A DNA stretch of 64,000 nucleotides. Origin: Gammaproteobacteria bacterium. GTDB lineage: Bacteria > Pseudomonadota > Gammaproteobacteria > SZUA-152. A program made the position numbers and the translations under genes. Under the pieces are notes generated by a model, which was not told the DNA's origin, searched no databases, and was given only the letters and a program-made list of their open reading frames with translations. The stretch lies in contig JAOUJW010000015.1 of assembly GCA_029882975.1 (NCBI GenBank), forward strand, positions 6,450-70,449. Direction: 5' to 3'. Below are positions 31,489-41,804 of the stretch, in pieces. Positions within the stretch are counted from its first letter, which is position 1. Every line of letters begins with the position of its first letter.

Positions 31489-33918
31489 CTAAAACTGCGC
31501 TTCTAAACCAAAATACGGTAGAAACGGCAGTTGGCAACTTTCCTCCTTGCTTTTGTAATCCGGGTTATAGCTGTAACCGGCCACATTGCATCGATTATAC
31601 AGATTAACCACTTCAAAATAGGTGTTGAATTTCCATCGGTTAAATACAAAATCCCGATCCGCGCGGACATCCAAGCGGTGGTACGGCGGCAATCGTTCGG
31701 AATTAATGTCTCCATACTCCGGAACGTAGATAGTACCCGCCGATGTGTTGACTTCCTGGCTGTCAACAATGGGGGTATAACGCGCACCGGTGTGATAGCG
31801 CCATTTCAAGCCAAAATGCCAATTGGCAGAGGCTCGATAATTGGCCACCCAGGTTGCAATGACCGGTTGATCGTAATCAAAGGGGAAACGGTCACCAGTG
31901 CTATCGATGGTGCGCTCAGACCGCGACAGCGTTAAGGACAACCAGCCATTCAGAGGCGCTTCGGAGTTACGTTTTATAAATAACTCTAATCCGTAGGATT
32001 TACCGCCGGCTCCGTTGGCGTAACGCGTAACCGGATCCGCCACGACAAAATTGCTAAAGGTTTTGTAGTACAACTCCGACTTTATTTCCCACAACCTATC
32101 CAATTTGTGACTAAAGCCGATAAGACTGTGTTCAGCTTCTATACTGTCCAGTTGCGGATTACCCACACCTCGTAAAATGTATCGCCCTTCCGGCATCTGA
32201 TGGTATTTACCCCACCCCAGAGTAAACAATGAGTCTTTACCTATGCCCCACTCCAAGCCGAGTTTGGGTTCGGTAAACGAGTTGCGTAAATAGTCTTCCG
32301 AACTGTGACGCAACCCCATAAGCAACACTAAATCGGGGACCAGATTCCAACGGTCCTTGATAAAACCATCCCAGCTGCGGACATCAAAACTCGTATCCAA
32401 TGAAACCCGTTCCGCCGTGCTCAGCGTACAGTTGTCCAAATTGAATTCAGTACACAAGGGATTGACGCCATCGGCCTTGATTTTGAAAGTGGATTTGGAG
32501 TAGTCCAGGCCCAGTTGCAATTTGTGCTGTTGCGAAACCTGATAATCCAGACTTTCTTGAATATAGTAACGCTCATTGTACGTGGTAACATCATACGCGG
32601 CACCAATACGACTTCGTTGCCGGGTCTTACGATGACCACTCATCAGTTTATATTTCATTGTACCGGATAGCTGTGACTCCCAAATCAATGACTGGTTATC
32701 ATAGGCCACATCAATTTCCGATTGGCCCGCCAACACCGGTTCTTTCTTAGCCGAATCCGCCGAATCCGGTACCGTAAATTCAATCCCATCACTGGCACCG
32801 TTCATATATATTTTAATACGATCCCGCTCGGTGACATCCCAGGTATATTTACCCAGATAGTCGTAATACGATGGAAACTGAAAACTAACCCCGTCATCCC
32901 CTGTCTGTTTACCCAAGAGAATATCCCAATAACTTCTTCGAGCGGAAAACAGTACGGACTGCTTCTCCGTAAGCGGGGTTTCCACTAAAAAATCCGAACT
33001 CACCAAACTCAAGTTTACATTCGCGCTCAAGCGATCCTGGCGCGGGTTGCGCAGCGCCACGTCAAACACGGCACCGGTGGCGTCTCCATAGGCCGGACCG
33101 AACGATGATGCAAATATATTAAAATCGCTGACCAGGCCGGCAGGAAAAACACTGACAAAGCCACCCATATGAAATATATAGGATAAAGGGATACCGTCTA
33201 CATAATATAGGTTATCGCCGGGGCGAGAACCGCGCATGGCCGGAGCACCACTACCGTCATGATGACTGGTGGCTCCTGGTAAAGACTGAACAGCCTTTAA
33301 AGGATCCCCTCCTGACCCTGCGACTTGTTCCAATTCCTTTCCGGATATCACAGTTTTACCTACTTTGTCCTCATTGCGATTCTCCCAGACTTGCACAACC
33401 GGCATCTGTACTGTGGGCAATACATATAAATCAAGCTGTTGCTGCGAACGGCCCGGTAATAGTGCTAATTTATGCGGTTTGGGTTTATCAAAACCCAACA
33501 CCACCGCACCAATGTGGTATTCCTGGGACGAACTCAATCGCAACTCATAACTACCGTCCGCTTTAGTCGTCGAAAACACCGTGTCTTGTTCCACCACATA
33601 AACGGTGGCGTTAGCCAGCGGTCGGCGGGTTCCTTTCTCCAGGACTCTTCCAAAAACTCGCCATTGACCCGTTAATTCGGTCGAACCATTACCATTCGTT
33701 GAGGCAGAATGCTCTGTTTGGGATTTATCGTGATGCTCAGTGTAGACCGGTTGAGGGAGTTCAATAATCTTACCTTTTGTATCACTGCCCATGCGCCCCA
33801 TGGCTTCCTCAGCCCGTACCTGGGTGCAGGTCGAGTAAAAAAAGCAAAATACCGCTAATACACACAGCCTACTCTTGGCCGGCCTGTAATTTTCACTTTC
33901 CACCATATTCCCTTCCAT
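31489..33918 (-). CDS. TonB-dependent outer-membrane receptor with an N-terminal carboxypeptidase-regulatory-like extension
   Basis: 809 aa. Signal peptide. CarbopepD_reg-like segment (GRVLEKGTRRPLANATVYVVEQDTVFSTTKADGSYELRL). Plug domain. C-terminal aromatic residue (..GLEAQF). Confidence 0.85.
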   Translation of the reverse strand: MEGNMVESENYRPAKSRLCVLAVFCFFYSTCTQVRAEEAMGRMGSDTKGKIIELPQPVYTEHHDKSQTEHSASTNGNGSTELTGQWRVFGRVLEKGTRRPLANATVYVVEQDTVFSTTKADGSYELRLSSSQEYHIGAVVLGFDKPKPHKLALLPGRSQQQLDLYVLPTVQMPVVQVWENRNEDKVGKTVISGKELEQVAGSGGDPLKAVQSLPGATSHHDGSGAPAMRGSRPGDNLYYVDGIPLSYIFHMGGFVSVFPAGLVSDFNIFASSFGPAYGDATGAVFDVALRNPRQDRLSANVNLSLVSSDFLVETPLTEKQSVLFSARRSYWDILLGKQTGDDGVSFQFPSYYDYLGKYTWDVTERDRIKIYMNGASDGIEFTVPDSADSAKKEPVLAGQSEIDVAYDNQSLIWESQLSGTMKYKLMSGHRKTRQRSRIGAAYDVTTYNERYYIQESLDYQVSQQHKLQLGLDYSKSTFKIKADGVNPLCTEFNLDNCTLSTAERVSLDTSFDVRSWDGFIKDRWNLVPDLVLLMGLRHSSEDYLRNSFTEPKLGLEWGIGKDSLFTLGWGKYHQMPEGRYILRGVGNPQLDSIEAEHSLIGFSHKLDRLWEIKSELYYKTFSNFVVADPVTRYANGAGGKSYGLELFIKRNSEAPLNGWLSLTLSRSERTIDSTGDRFPFDYDQPVIATWVANYRASANWHFGLKWRYHTGARYTPIVDSQEVNTSAGTIYVPEYGDINSERLPPYHRLDVRADRDFVFNRWKFNTYFEVVNLYNRCNVAGYSYNPDYKSKEESCQLPFLPYFGLEAQF

Positions 33919-33959
33919 TGCAACTTAACACCTTATATAAGCGGCCTGACAGTATCCCT

Positions 33960-34664
33960 CTATTTCAAGCGAAATTCAATAATACGTGTGACCGACACCG
34001 CCACCGGTTCATCTTCGATATAGCCCGGTGTAAAACTGGTTTCCTGCAATGCTGCAATCACCGCATTGTCAAACAAAGAACCTCCGCTGCGGATAATTTG
34101 AATATCCTCGGCACGACCGTTTGGCGTGACAATAAAAGTGACTTCCACATTCAATTCCCGCCCCAGGGATCGTTCCATTTCCGGGTATACGGGCTCAACA
34201 ATATCTAAGCTGGGAATACGGGTTAAGCGATGTAACGGCGCGGGTTCATGACGTACCGGTAAAGGCGCTGTGGTAATTTCAGGCTCAGGCTCAAGCTTGT
34301 CTATCTGAGACTCCGGCTCTAGGTGAGGCTCAGGCAGAGGCTCCGGGGTGGGTATTGGTATTTGTTTGGTTTGCTGCAGCGGTTTCTTTTTGGGCTTTGT
34401 TTTTTGCTTTGGTTTTTGCTTTGGTTTTTGTTTTGTTTTTTGCTTTGGTTTTTGTTTTGGTTTTTGCTTTGGCTTCGTCTGTGTCACCGGCTTAGGCTGC
34501 ACCTGGGCAATGATCTGCACGTGCAAAGCCGGTAATTTTTCCGCACGCGGTTGAAATAAACCCGGCACAAACATCGATGCATGCAACAGTACGGACAAAC
34601 TTCCCACCAGCCGCCAATGCTGTATCGCTTGCCTCCAGTCTGGGCGGGGAATTCCTGTGTACAA
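33960..34664 (-). CDS. tonB: Energy transducer TonB
   Basis: 234 aa. TTG start with GAAGGA RBS. N-terminal TM. Central (KPKQ)n spacer. C-terminal TonB domain. Confidence 0.8.
   Translation of the reverse strand: MYTGIPRPDWRQAIQHWRLVGSLSVLLHASMFVPGLFQPRAEKLPALHVQIIAQVQPKPVTQTKPKQKPKQKPKQKTKQKPKQKPKQKTKPKKKPLQQTKQIPIPTPEPLPEPHLEPESQIDKLEPEPEITTAPLPVRHEPAPLHRLTRIPSLDIVEPVYPEMERSLGRELNVEVTFIVTPNGRAEDIQIIRSGGSLFDNAVIAALQETSFTPGYIEDEPVAVSVTRIIEFRLK
34390..34480. repeat. Perfect tandem 12-bp repeat (TTTGGTTTTTGC on the plus strand) encoding the KPKQ spacer of TonB
   Basis: About 7 consecutive units seen directly in the sequence. Confidence 0.8.
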
Positions 34665-34860
34665 TCGTTATCCTTCGTATTTTTCTTGCTAACGCGAAAA
34701 TGTTGAGAGTGCTGATTATTCCACAGTTAAGACCACAAAATAGGCAAAAAAATCGATTTTGATACAAACTTTTCGCCTTTTAGCCCATTTGGGCTATGTT
34801 TTGCTTCTGGCGCAGGAATATTGAATAATGGTGTTTGAAATACTTTCCGGGTAAATTCCT

Positions 34861-35760
34861 ATGCACGTGACACTGCGTCAACTAACCGTTTTAGAGGCAG
34901 TTGCCAGAAACTTGAGCTATACCAAAGCAGCCGACGAGTTACATCTCACCCAACCGGCGGTTTCCATGCAAATCAAACAGATAGAAGAAAGCGTGGGTAT
35001 TCCACTGTTTGAGCAAATCGGTAAAAAGATATTTTTAACCCAAGCAGGGAAAGAAATGTATAACTACGCCCGCTCCATTCAACAATTAATAAGTGAAGCG
35101 GAGACGGTAATTGAGGACATTAAGGGTATCAAACACGGAACCTTGACCATTGCTGTGGCCAGCACGGCCAATTACTTTGCCCCGCAAATTCTTGCCGCTT
35201 TTAAAGAACGCTACGGTGGCATCAATTTCAGCCTGGATGTGACCAATCGGGAAGGCCTGCTGCAACACTTGGAAAATAATGATACGGATATGGTCATCAT
35301 GGGACAGCCACCACGGCACATGGATTTGGAATCAGAGTTTTTTATGGAAAACCCATTGGTTGCCATTGCCCCGCCCGATCACCCCATGGTGGGTCGGCGT
35401 AATATTCCTATGGATGATTTCTTACAGCACACATTTATTGTGCGCGAACAAGGCTCTGGCACTCGCACCGCTATTGAGCGGTTTTTCAGTGATCGGGGTA
35501 AAGAAATGACAACATCCATGAGCATGAGCAGCAATGAAGCAATCAAACAGGCGGTACAAGCCGGCCTGGGTTTAGGCGTGGTATCCATTCATACCCTGGA
35601 TATGGAACTGGAGTTGAAACGCCTTGCAGTTTTAGAAGTTGAGTCTTTCCCCATACTGCGTAATTGGTATATTGTACACCGTAAGGGTAAGCGCTTGTCA
35701 CCGGCCGCTATTTCCTTAAAGAAATTTATCACTCACAACGCGAAAAACATCATTCACTGA
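34861..35760 (+). CDS. LysR-family transcriptional regulator (CbbR-like N-terminus)
   Basis: 299 aa. MHVTLRQLTVLEAVARNLSYTKAADELHLTQPAVSMQIKQIE HTH, plus a LysR substrate-binding domain. Confidence 0.85.
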   Translation: MHVTLRQLTVLEAVARNLSYTKAADELHLTQPAVSMQIKQIEESVGIPLFEQIGKKIFLTQAGKEMYNYARSIQQLISEAETVIEDIKGIKHGTLTIAVASTANYFAPQILAAFKERYGGINFSLDVTNREGLLQHLENNDTDMVIMGQPPRHMDLESEFFMENPLVAIAPPDHPMVGRRNIPMDDFLQHTFIVREQGSGTRTAIERFFSDRGKEMTTSMSMSSNEAIKQAVQAGLGLGVVSIHTLDMELELKRLAVLEVESFPILRNWYIVHRKGKRLSPAAISLKKFITHNAKNIIH

Positions 35761-35762
35761 CC

Positions 35763-35957
35763 ATGACACTAGAAAAAGCCCGAGAACTGTTAACCGTACA
35801 AATTAATTTTGGCGGCGGATATAACCGCAACGCCAGTCGCCTAATATTGGCTGAAATTCAAAAATTCCACGGCCAGGAGGCGGTAGACCAACTAATTCGA
35901 GAACTTTCCCTGGAACAAACCTTTGGTTTCAAACCTGGAACAATCTTTAAGATTTAA
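35763..35957 (+). CDS. Hypothetical 64-aa protein, possibly translationally coupled to the LysR gene
   Basis: ATG lies 3 bp after the LysR stop. No recognisable motif. Confidence 0.3.
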   Translation: MTLEKARELLTVQINFGGGYNRNASRLILAEIQKFHGQEAVDQLIRELSLEQTFGFKPGTIFKI

Positions 35958-36667
35958 ACGACACCGAAATTCAACATCCACTGCTCCCAGTCTAACAGGA
36001 TAAAACCGGCCAACAGTAACAGCGGGAAAATCCACTGAACCGGAGGTGGAGAGTTCCTGTCAGGTGTCTCCAGCGTTTGTCCGGGCATAGCCATGGCTTT
36101 ATCCAGGACTGTTTGAAACAGGGTGGCGATGTTATCACTGATATTATTGATTCGTTGCCATAAACCGGCATTTGAAGGGATATCTTGCGATTTAAGCGCC
36201 AAACGATTCAATAAAGCGACTTGTTCCACTAACTCCAGAGTCAAGCCGATTCGAACCGCCAGTTTCTCGTGGTCGACCAGCTTTCTGATTGGATACAACA
36301 ACCATAGCACGGCCCCTACCAAGTCTTGACGTGACAAACCGTGCAGCAGAATCTGCAAGGCCATTACGATTAAAATGAGCGCAGCCACGCGCATAATAGC
36401 CAATTGCGTCCCCAATACAGACGGAGACCAATCCCAGGCCGGAATTAGAGGTAACCCGGGCGTAAAACCTAAATAAACGATGAAAATGGACAAAAACAAC
36501 CAACGCATACGCACAATGATTATACGGCTGCGGACAATTAATTGTGGTTCAAACAGAAAAAACAGCAGCAACAACCCCGCTTGAGCAACTAACTGGACCA
36601 ACTGACCGTAGGCGGCAAACGCTGTAAATATGAAAAACGAAACAACCCTGATAACGGGATGCAGCAT
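35954..36667 (-). CDS. Polytopic inner-membrane protein (possibly CbiQ/EcfT-like)
   Basis: 237 aa, about 5 predicted TM helices. Family assignment uncertain. Confidence 0.55.
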   Translation of the reverse strand: MLHPVIRVVSFFIFTAFAAYGQLVQLVAQAGLLLLFFLFEPQLIVRSRIIIVRMRWLFLSIFIVYLGFTPGLPLIPAWDWSPSVLGTQLAIMRVAALILIVMALQILLHGLSRQDLVGAVLWLLYPIRKLVDHEKLAVRIGLTLELVEQVALLNRLALKSQDIPSNAGLWQRINNISDNIATLFQTVLDKAMAMPGQTLETPDRNSPPPVQWIFPLLLLAGFILLDWEQWMLNFGVV

Positions 36668-36726
36668 AATGAATCTGTCTTTTGAGGGTGGTATTAAGGT
36701 CCCACCAGGTGCCTGGAAAGGCGGAG

Positions 36727-39471
36727 TTACCCCATTTGCTGTAGTAGCTGTTCTGCCTGTTGTTTTTGCGAATCGTCCCCTTCCTCCAGCACCTCATCAA
36801 GAATACTGCGAGCACCATCGCTATCACCCATGTCCACATAGGCCTTGGCCAAGTCAAGCTTGGTTCCGATTTCATCCACATCCCCAAAAATGTCATCACC
36901 CAGATCTTCGTCACTGGAAAAAGCATCCTCGAAATCGGACAAATCATCAGAATCCAGACCTAAATCTGAGGTATCGGATAGATCCAAACTCATATCCAAA
37001 TCGTCTGAGAGCGGTTCGCCATGGATGGTATCGCTTTCAGTGTCTTCCAAGAGATCACTTTCTTCCATATCCATCGCCAGAGACAAACCACTGTCTCCCT
37101 GCGCATCGGAGGAAAAGTCATCCATGGACAAATTCAGCTCGGTGGGCTCATTGAGTTCTTCCACTGCCTCATTATAACCGGAGCCGGAATCCCCCATATC
37201 AAAATCCAGGGAATAGTCATCTTCGCTGGATTTGGCTTCCACGGCTGGGGCAGATGTTGGTGCGGGTGAGCTGTCTTCCAAACCAAAATCCAGTGCATCC
37301 ACATCAAAATCCAAAGAATTGTCTTCTGCGGGTGCCGCTGCCGCAGTTGCGCCGCCGCCGCCCAAGTCATCCAACATGTCTTCATTAAACTCGAAATCGA
37401 GTAAATCGTTCTCGTCAGTGGTAACTCCAACGGTGTCATCCGCACCGAGCCCCATATCCATGTCCATTCCCATGTCCATATCCAGGCCGTCAGAAGGCAT
37501 CATCGTGCCACCAAACAGGGGATGTTCAGGACAAATCTCGGCGCCGTAGCCCACAATTCGGCTCCAGTATTCATTAGACTCGTCGCCACCAATTAACTGA
37601 TGGAATTGCTCAGCATGTGCCGCAAACCCGTCTTTGTTGCTGGCTGCATGATAGACTTCCAAGAGTTTGGAGTGTAGATCTTGCCGCTCTGGATTCGTCT
37701 CCAGAGCCTGCTTCAGGATATCCTCTGCTTGTTGATGGCGCCCATAAGCCAAATAAACATCTGCTTCAGATATGGGATCCACATCGGCGGAATCCGATTG
37801 GATGCCCCCCATATCACTCATGGAGAAATCACTTACCAGAGCACTTTCTGCTTGACCACTACTCAAACCCGAAGCCGGAAAACCGGAAGCATCAAATTCG
37901 TTACCGCCCACATTCAAGATGCTTTCTTCAAACCCATCGTGCATTTTGCGACGCCGCATGTACAACCAAACCAGGAGCAGCAGGATCACGACGCCGCCCA
38001 CCAGCAGCATATCGGAACTCAGCCCCAATGCACTCAGGTCGAACGCATATTCGTCTTCCGTTTGAGCTTGCGCGGTAGCGGCAACCGGTGGTTTGCCGGC
38101 TTCCGGTTTCTTGACGGCTTCTGCCGGTTGTTCTGCTTGTTTTTGAGCTAATTGGCCCTGCAGCGCTTGCAGTTCTTCGTCCTTGAGCATAATCAAACGC
38201 TGAATATTATCCAGTTGCTCCTTTAGCTCTTTGGACTGCTTATCCAGTTCTCCACCTTCGGCCGTGGTGGCGTCCAATTGCTCGGTAGCCAGTAATAGGT
38301 CCTGGCGCAGCTGCTTCACTTTGGCGTCGTCCTTACCGGAACCTGAACCTTGACTATCTTTGCCAGGTTGCACCAGTTGCAACTTCGCTTGCTCTTTTGC
38401 GGTTTTCGCCGCTGACGCAGGTTTGTCCTTGGGCTGCCGCTGAATCGGTGCCACCTGACTACCGGTAGAACCGGAGCCGGCGCCGGCCACTTGTTTAACC
38501 AGGCGACCTTTACTGCGAGCCCGCCATGCGGTCATTTGTTTTCTGAAAGTACGTACCGCTTCTGCCTGGGAGATTTCTTCCAACATGGCAGGATCATCAA
38601 TTCGCAGTACAAAGCCTGCCTTCACCAAGTTAATGTTGCCATCAATAAAGGCGTCGGGATTCGACTTAAGTAAGGCCATCATCAGCTGATGGACACTGGC
38701 ACCACTACCGGAACTTTCTTTTAAGTCCTCTGCAATTTGCCACAAGGTATCTTTACGTTTGACTACACCGTAATTCAAAGAGCCCGGTGCAGCCGCAGTC
38801 ACTTCCGGTTGCGGAGCGGGTTTGAAAATGTTTTTCGGTGCTGTCGGTTTGACGTCATCGTCAATTGCCGGTTCAGGCTTGGGCTTAACCGGTTCAGGCT
38901 TGGGCCGTACTCGCTTGGGACGTTCGGTTTGGGTTTCAGCCCGTGTTGACGCCGGACTGGGACGCGTTTGTCGAGGTTCAGATTGGACCGGCGCAGGAGT
39001 AAAAGTCTCAACGGGTTCGCGTACTGCCGCTTGACTGACCGGTGGTGCCTTGTCTTCCGCCAGTACGGGCGGATCAACCAATACGGTGTATTCTTTTAAA
39101 GCACGGCCACGAGGCCATTTTGCTTCAATCAGAAAATCCAGATAGGGCTCCGTTACCGGTTGAGTTGAGGTGATGCGAATGTAAGCGCCGCCCTTTTTGC
39201 GATAGGCAACTTTAAATTTTAATTGGTACAGAAAGGGATGGGGCTCAACTCGGATACGGGCAAAATCCTCGTCAGAGGCCAGTTTAACGCTTAAACCCTT
39301 CAGGTCGCCGGGCTGCACCGAATGCACATCGATTTCAGCCAACAGAGGCTGATTCAACGCGGACCGCATGGTAATAGGACCCAATCCCAGTGCAAAACTC
39401 ACCGTGGGCACTAAAAATAAGAGTGTAGCTAATGTAAGGGTTAGTCTCCTGCACTTACCCATGCTGAACAT
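36727..39471 (-). CDS. fimV: Type IV pilus assembly / peptidoglycan-binding protein FimV
   Basis: 914 aa. Signal peptide. LysM motif (YGVVKRKDTLWQIA). Long coiled-coil and acidic low-complexity region (DMDMGMDMDMG...). C-terminal TPR motif ..LDLAKAYVDMGDSDGARSILDEVL.. Synteny fimV-asd-leuB as in Pseudomonas. Confidence 0.8.
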   Translation of the reverse strand: MFSMGKCRRLTLTLATLLFLVPTVSFALGLGPITMRSALNQPLLAEIDVHSVQPGDLKGLSVKLASDEDFARIRVEPHPFLYQLKFKVAYRKKGGAYIRITSTQPVTEPYLDFLIEAKWPRGRALKEYTVLVDPPVLAEDKAPPVSQAAVREPVETFTPAPVQSEPRQTRPSPASTRAETQTERPKRVRPKPEPVKPKPEPAIDDDVKPTAPKNIFKPAPQPEVTAAAPGSLNYGVVKRKDTLWQIAEDLKESSGSGASVHQLMMALLKSNPDAFIDGNINLVKAGFVLRIDDPAMLEEISQAEAVRTFRKQMTAWRARSKGRLVKQVAGAGSGSTGSQVAPIQRQPKDKPASAAKTAKEQAKLQLVQPGKDSQGSGSGKDDAKVKQLRQDLLLATEQLDATTAEGGELDKQSKELKEQLDNIQRLIMLKDEELQALQGQLAQKQAEQPAEAVKKPEAGKPPVAATAQAQTEDEYAFDLSALGLSSDMLLVGGVVILLLLVWLYMRRRKMHDGFEESILNVGGNEFDASGFPASGLSSGQAESALVSDFSMSDMGGIQSDSADVDPISEADVYLAYGRHQQAEDILKQALETNPERQDLHSKLLEVYHAASNKDGFAAHAEQFHQLIGGDESNEYWSRIVGYGAEICPEHPLFGGTMMPSDGLDMDMGMDMDMGLGADDTVGVTTDENDLLDFEFNEDMLDDLGGGGATAAAAPAEDNSLDFDVDALDFGLEDSSPAPTSAPAVEAKSSEDDYSLDFDMGDSGSGYNEAVEELNEPTELNLSMDDFSSDAQGDSGLSLAMDMEESDLLEDTESDTIHGEPLSDDLDMSLDLSDTSDLGLDSDDLSDFEDAFSSDEDLGDDIFGDVDEIGTKLDLAKAYVDMGDSDGARSILDEVLEEGDDSQKQQAEQLLQQMG

Positions 39472-39600
39472 ACTCCCGATTTACGAAATCCTTATATCAC
39501 GTATCCCGTCTGTCTCGTGACCGCCGGGGCTTTGGCTACCAAGATCTAAAATCAATAAATTTTAAGCAATTACAAGGCCAGTTCTAGAACTTACTATAGC

Positions 39601-40623
39601 TTACAAATGCTTATTTACCAATATTTCTGCAATTTGTACACTGTTTAAGGCTGCTCCTTTGCGTACATTATCTGCAACCACCCACATATTCAAGCCTCGA
39701 GGGTGAGATATATCTTCCCGAATACGACCCACATACACCGGATCAGTTCCGGCTGCCTCTGTAACTGCAGTTGGGTAGCCTCCGGGTTCGTGTTCATCCA
39801 GAACAACGACACCGGGTGCTTTCTTCAGTAATTCCCTTGCAGCTTTTGCTGATATTTTTTCACGTGTTTCTATGTGTACCGCCTCGGAATGGCCAAAAAA
39901 CACAGGCACACGCACAGCTGTCGGGTTCACCAATATAGCGGCATCGTCAAATATTTTTTGAGTTTCCCACACCATTTTCATTTCTTCCTTGGTGTAGCCA
40001 TTTTCCTTGAATACATCGATATGCGGTAAGACATTGAATGCTATCTGTTTTGGATAAACTTCGGCCTTGATTTCCTTGGCATTCAGTAGCGCCGCTGTTT
40101 GCCCCGCCAGCTCTTCGATAGCCTCTTTACCGGTGCCGGAAACAGCCTGATAGGTACAAACATTGATGCGCTCTATACCTACCGCATCATAGATAGGCTT
40201 TAAGGCCACCAGCATTTGTATGGTGGAACAATTGGGATTGGCAATAATGTTGCGGTTTGTATAAGCAGCAATGGCATCGGGATTCACCTCCGGAACCACC
40301 AGAGGGATATCATCCTCATAACGGAAATGCGCCGTATTATCCACTACAACACAGCCGGCTGCCGCAGCTTTGGGAGCATAATCTGCAGAAATTGCCCCCC
40401 CGGCGGAAAAAAGACCAATTTGCGCCTGACTGAAATCAAATTCAGCCAAATCCTGCACAGTGATATATCCGCCCCGAAACTGTACCTTGCTACCGGCCGA
40501 GCGACTGCTGGCCAACAAAAATAAGTTTCGCACCGGAAACTGGCGTTGTTCCAATATAGATACCATAGCTTCACCCACGGCTCCGGTTGCGCCCACCACT
40601 GCTACATCAACTTCTTTTGCCAT
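39601..40623 (-). CDS. asd: Aspartate-semialdehyde dehydrogenase
   Basis: 340 aa. N-terminal VAVVGATGAVG Rossmann motif. Catalytic Cys region (NPNCSTI). Confidence 0.95.
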   Translation of the reverse strand: MAKEVDVAVVGATGAVGEAMVSILEQRQFPVRNLFLLASSRSAGSKVQFRGGYITVQDLAEFDFSQAQIGLFSAGGAISADYAPKAAAAGCVVVDNTAHFRYEDDIPLVVPEVNPDAIAAYTNRNIIANPNCSTIQMLVALKPIYDAVGIERINVCTYQAVSGTGKEAIEELAGQTAALLNAKEIKAEVYPKQIAFNVLPHIDVFKENGYTKEEMKMVWETQKIFDDAAILVNPTAVRVPVFFGHSEAVHIETREKISAKAARELLKKAPGVVVLDEHEPGGYPTAVTEAAGTDPVYVGRIREDISHPRGLNMWVVADNVRKGAALNSVQIAEILVNKHL

Positions 40624-40715
40624 TACCTGTTCACCTTGGAAAAAATCTATTCACGCAAAAAAACAATATTCTAAACACGAACCGATATGAATACGAGTTT
40701 TTTCTGCTGCTTTCC

Positions 40716-41798
40716 TTAAACCGCAGACAAAGCGGCTACAACCGCGTCGCCCATCTGCGCGGTATTCACTAACTGATCTCCCTCCTGGTGTATATCGGCC
40801 GTACGCAACCCCTGTTCCAAGACCGAAACCACGGCCTGCTCCACCCGCTGTGCCAGTTCAGCTTCTCCCAGAGAATAGCGCAACATCATAGCGACAGATA
40901 AAATAGTGGCCAAGGGATTTGCTACGCCCTGACCTGCAATATCCGGTGCGGAACCGTGTATGGGCTCGTACATACCTTTTCCGGCAGCGTCCAGCGAAGC
41001 CGACGGCAACATACCGATGGAACCGGTCAACATAGCGGCTGCATCGGACAAAATATCACCAAACATGTTAGTGGTCACAATGACATCAAATTGCTTGGGC
41101 GCTCGTACCAACTGCATGGCGGCATTGTCCACATACATGTGGGATACACTTACTTCAGGATAATCCTGTGCCACTTTGCTCACCACTTCACGCCATAGCT
41201 CGGTACATTCCAACACATTGGCTTTATCCACAGAACAGACCCGTTTGTCCCGCTTCATAGCAATGTCAAAGGCGGAGCGGGCAATACGCTCTATTTCCGA
41301 TTCCTTATAAACCAAGGTGTTAAATCCTTGACGCTCACCGTTATCCAAGGTGCGCACGCCACGCGGTTGACCGAAATAAATGCCTCCGGTCAATTCTCTG
41401 ACAATCATCAAATCCAGTCCGGCGACCACCTCAGGCTTGAGAGTGGAAGCATTGGCCAACTGTGGATACAAAATGGCCGGGCGCAAATTGGAAAACAGAC
41501 CCAACTCCGAACGCAATCCCAGTAAACCTTTTTCCGGCCGCACGGAAATATCCAACGCTTCATACTGGGGCGCCCCGACAGCCCCAAGTAATATGGCATC
41601 TGCTTCTAATGCCTGCTGCAGGGTTTGATCGGGTAGCGGTTTACCATGTGCATCGTAAGCCGCCCCCCCCACCAGGCCATGCAGCAGCTCGATATCCAGC
41701 CCGGCGTGTGCGCTCAGATGCTGCAAACATTTAACGGCCTCGGCCACGATTTCAGGCCCAATACCATCACCGGGCAAAATCAATATTTTCTTAGTCAT
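40716..41798 (-). CDS. leuB: 3-isopropylmalate dehydrogenase
   Basis: 360 aa. [14 protein letters not shown]-terminus. IMDH motif NLFGDILSD. Confidence 0.95.
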   Translation of the reverse strand: MTKKILILPGDGIGPEIVAEAVKCLQHLSAHAGLDIELLHGLVGGAAYDAHGKPLPDQTLQQALEADAILLGAVGAPQYEALDISVRPEKGLLGLRSELGLFSNLRPAILYPQLANASTLKPEVVAGLDLMIVRELTGGIYFGQPRGVRTLDNGERQGFNTLVYKESEIERIARSAFDIAMKRDKRVCSVDKANVLECTELWREVVSKVAQDYPEVSVSHMYVDNAAMQLVRAPKQFDVIVTTNMFGDILSDAAAMLTGSIGMLPSASLDAAGKGMYEPIHGSAPDIAGQGVANPLATILSVAMMLRYSLGEAELAQRVEQAVVSVLEQGLRTADIHQEGDQLVNTAQMGDAVVAALSAV

Positions 41799-41804
41799 TT
41801 AGTA

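Noticed and set aside
36760-37549. Several plus-strand ORFs of 67-174 aa inside fimV
   Set aside because: They are antisense or frame-shifted shadows of the low-complexity acidic and proline-rich FimV coding region, which is the best-supported gene here.
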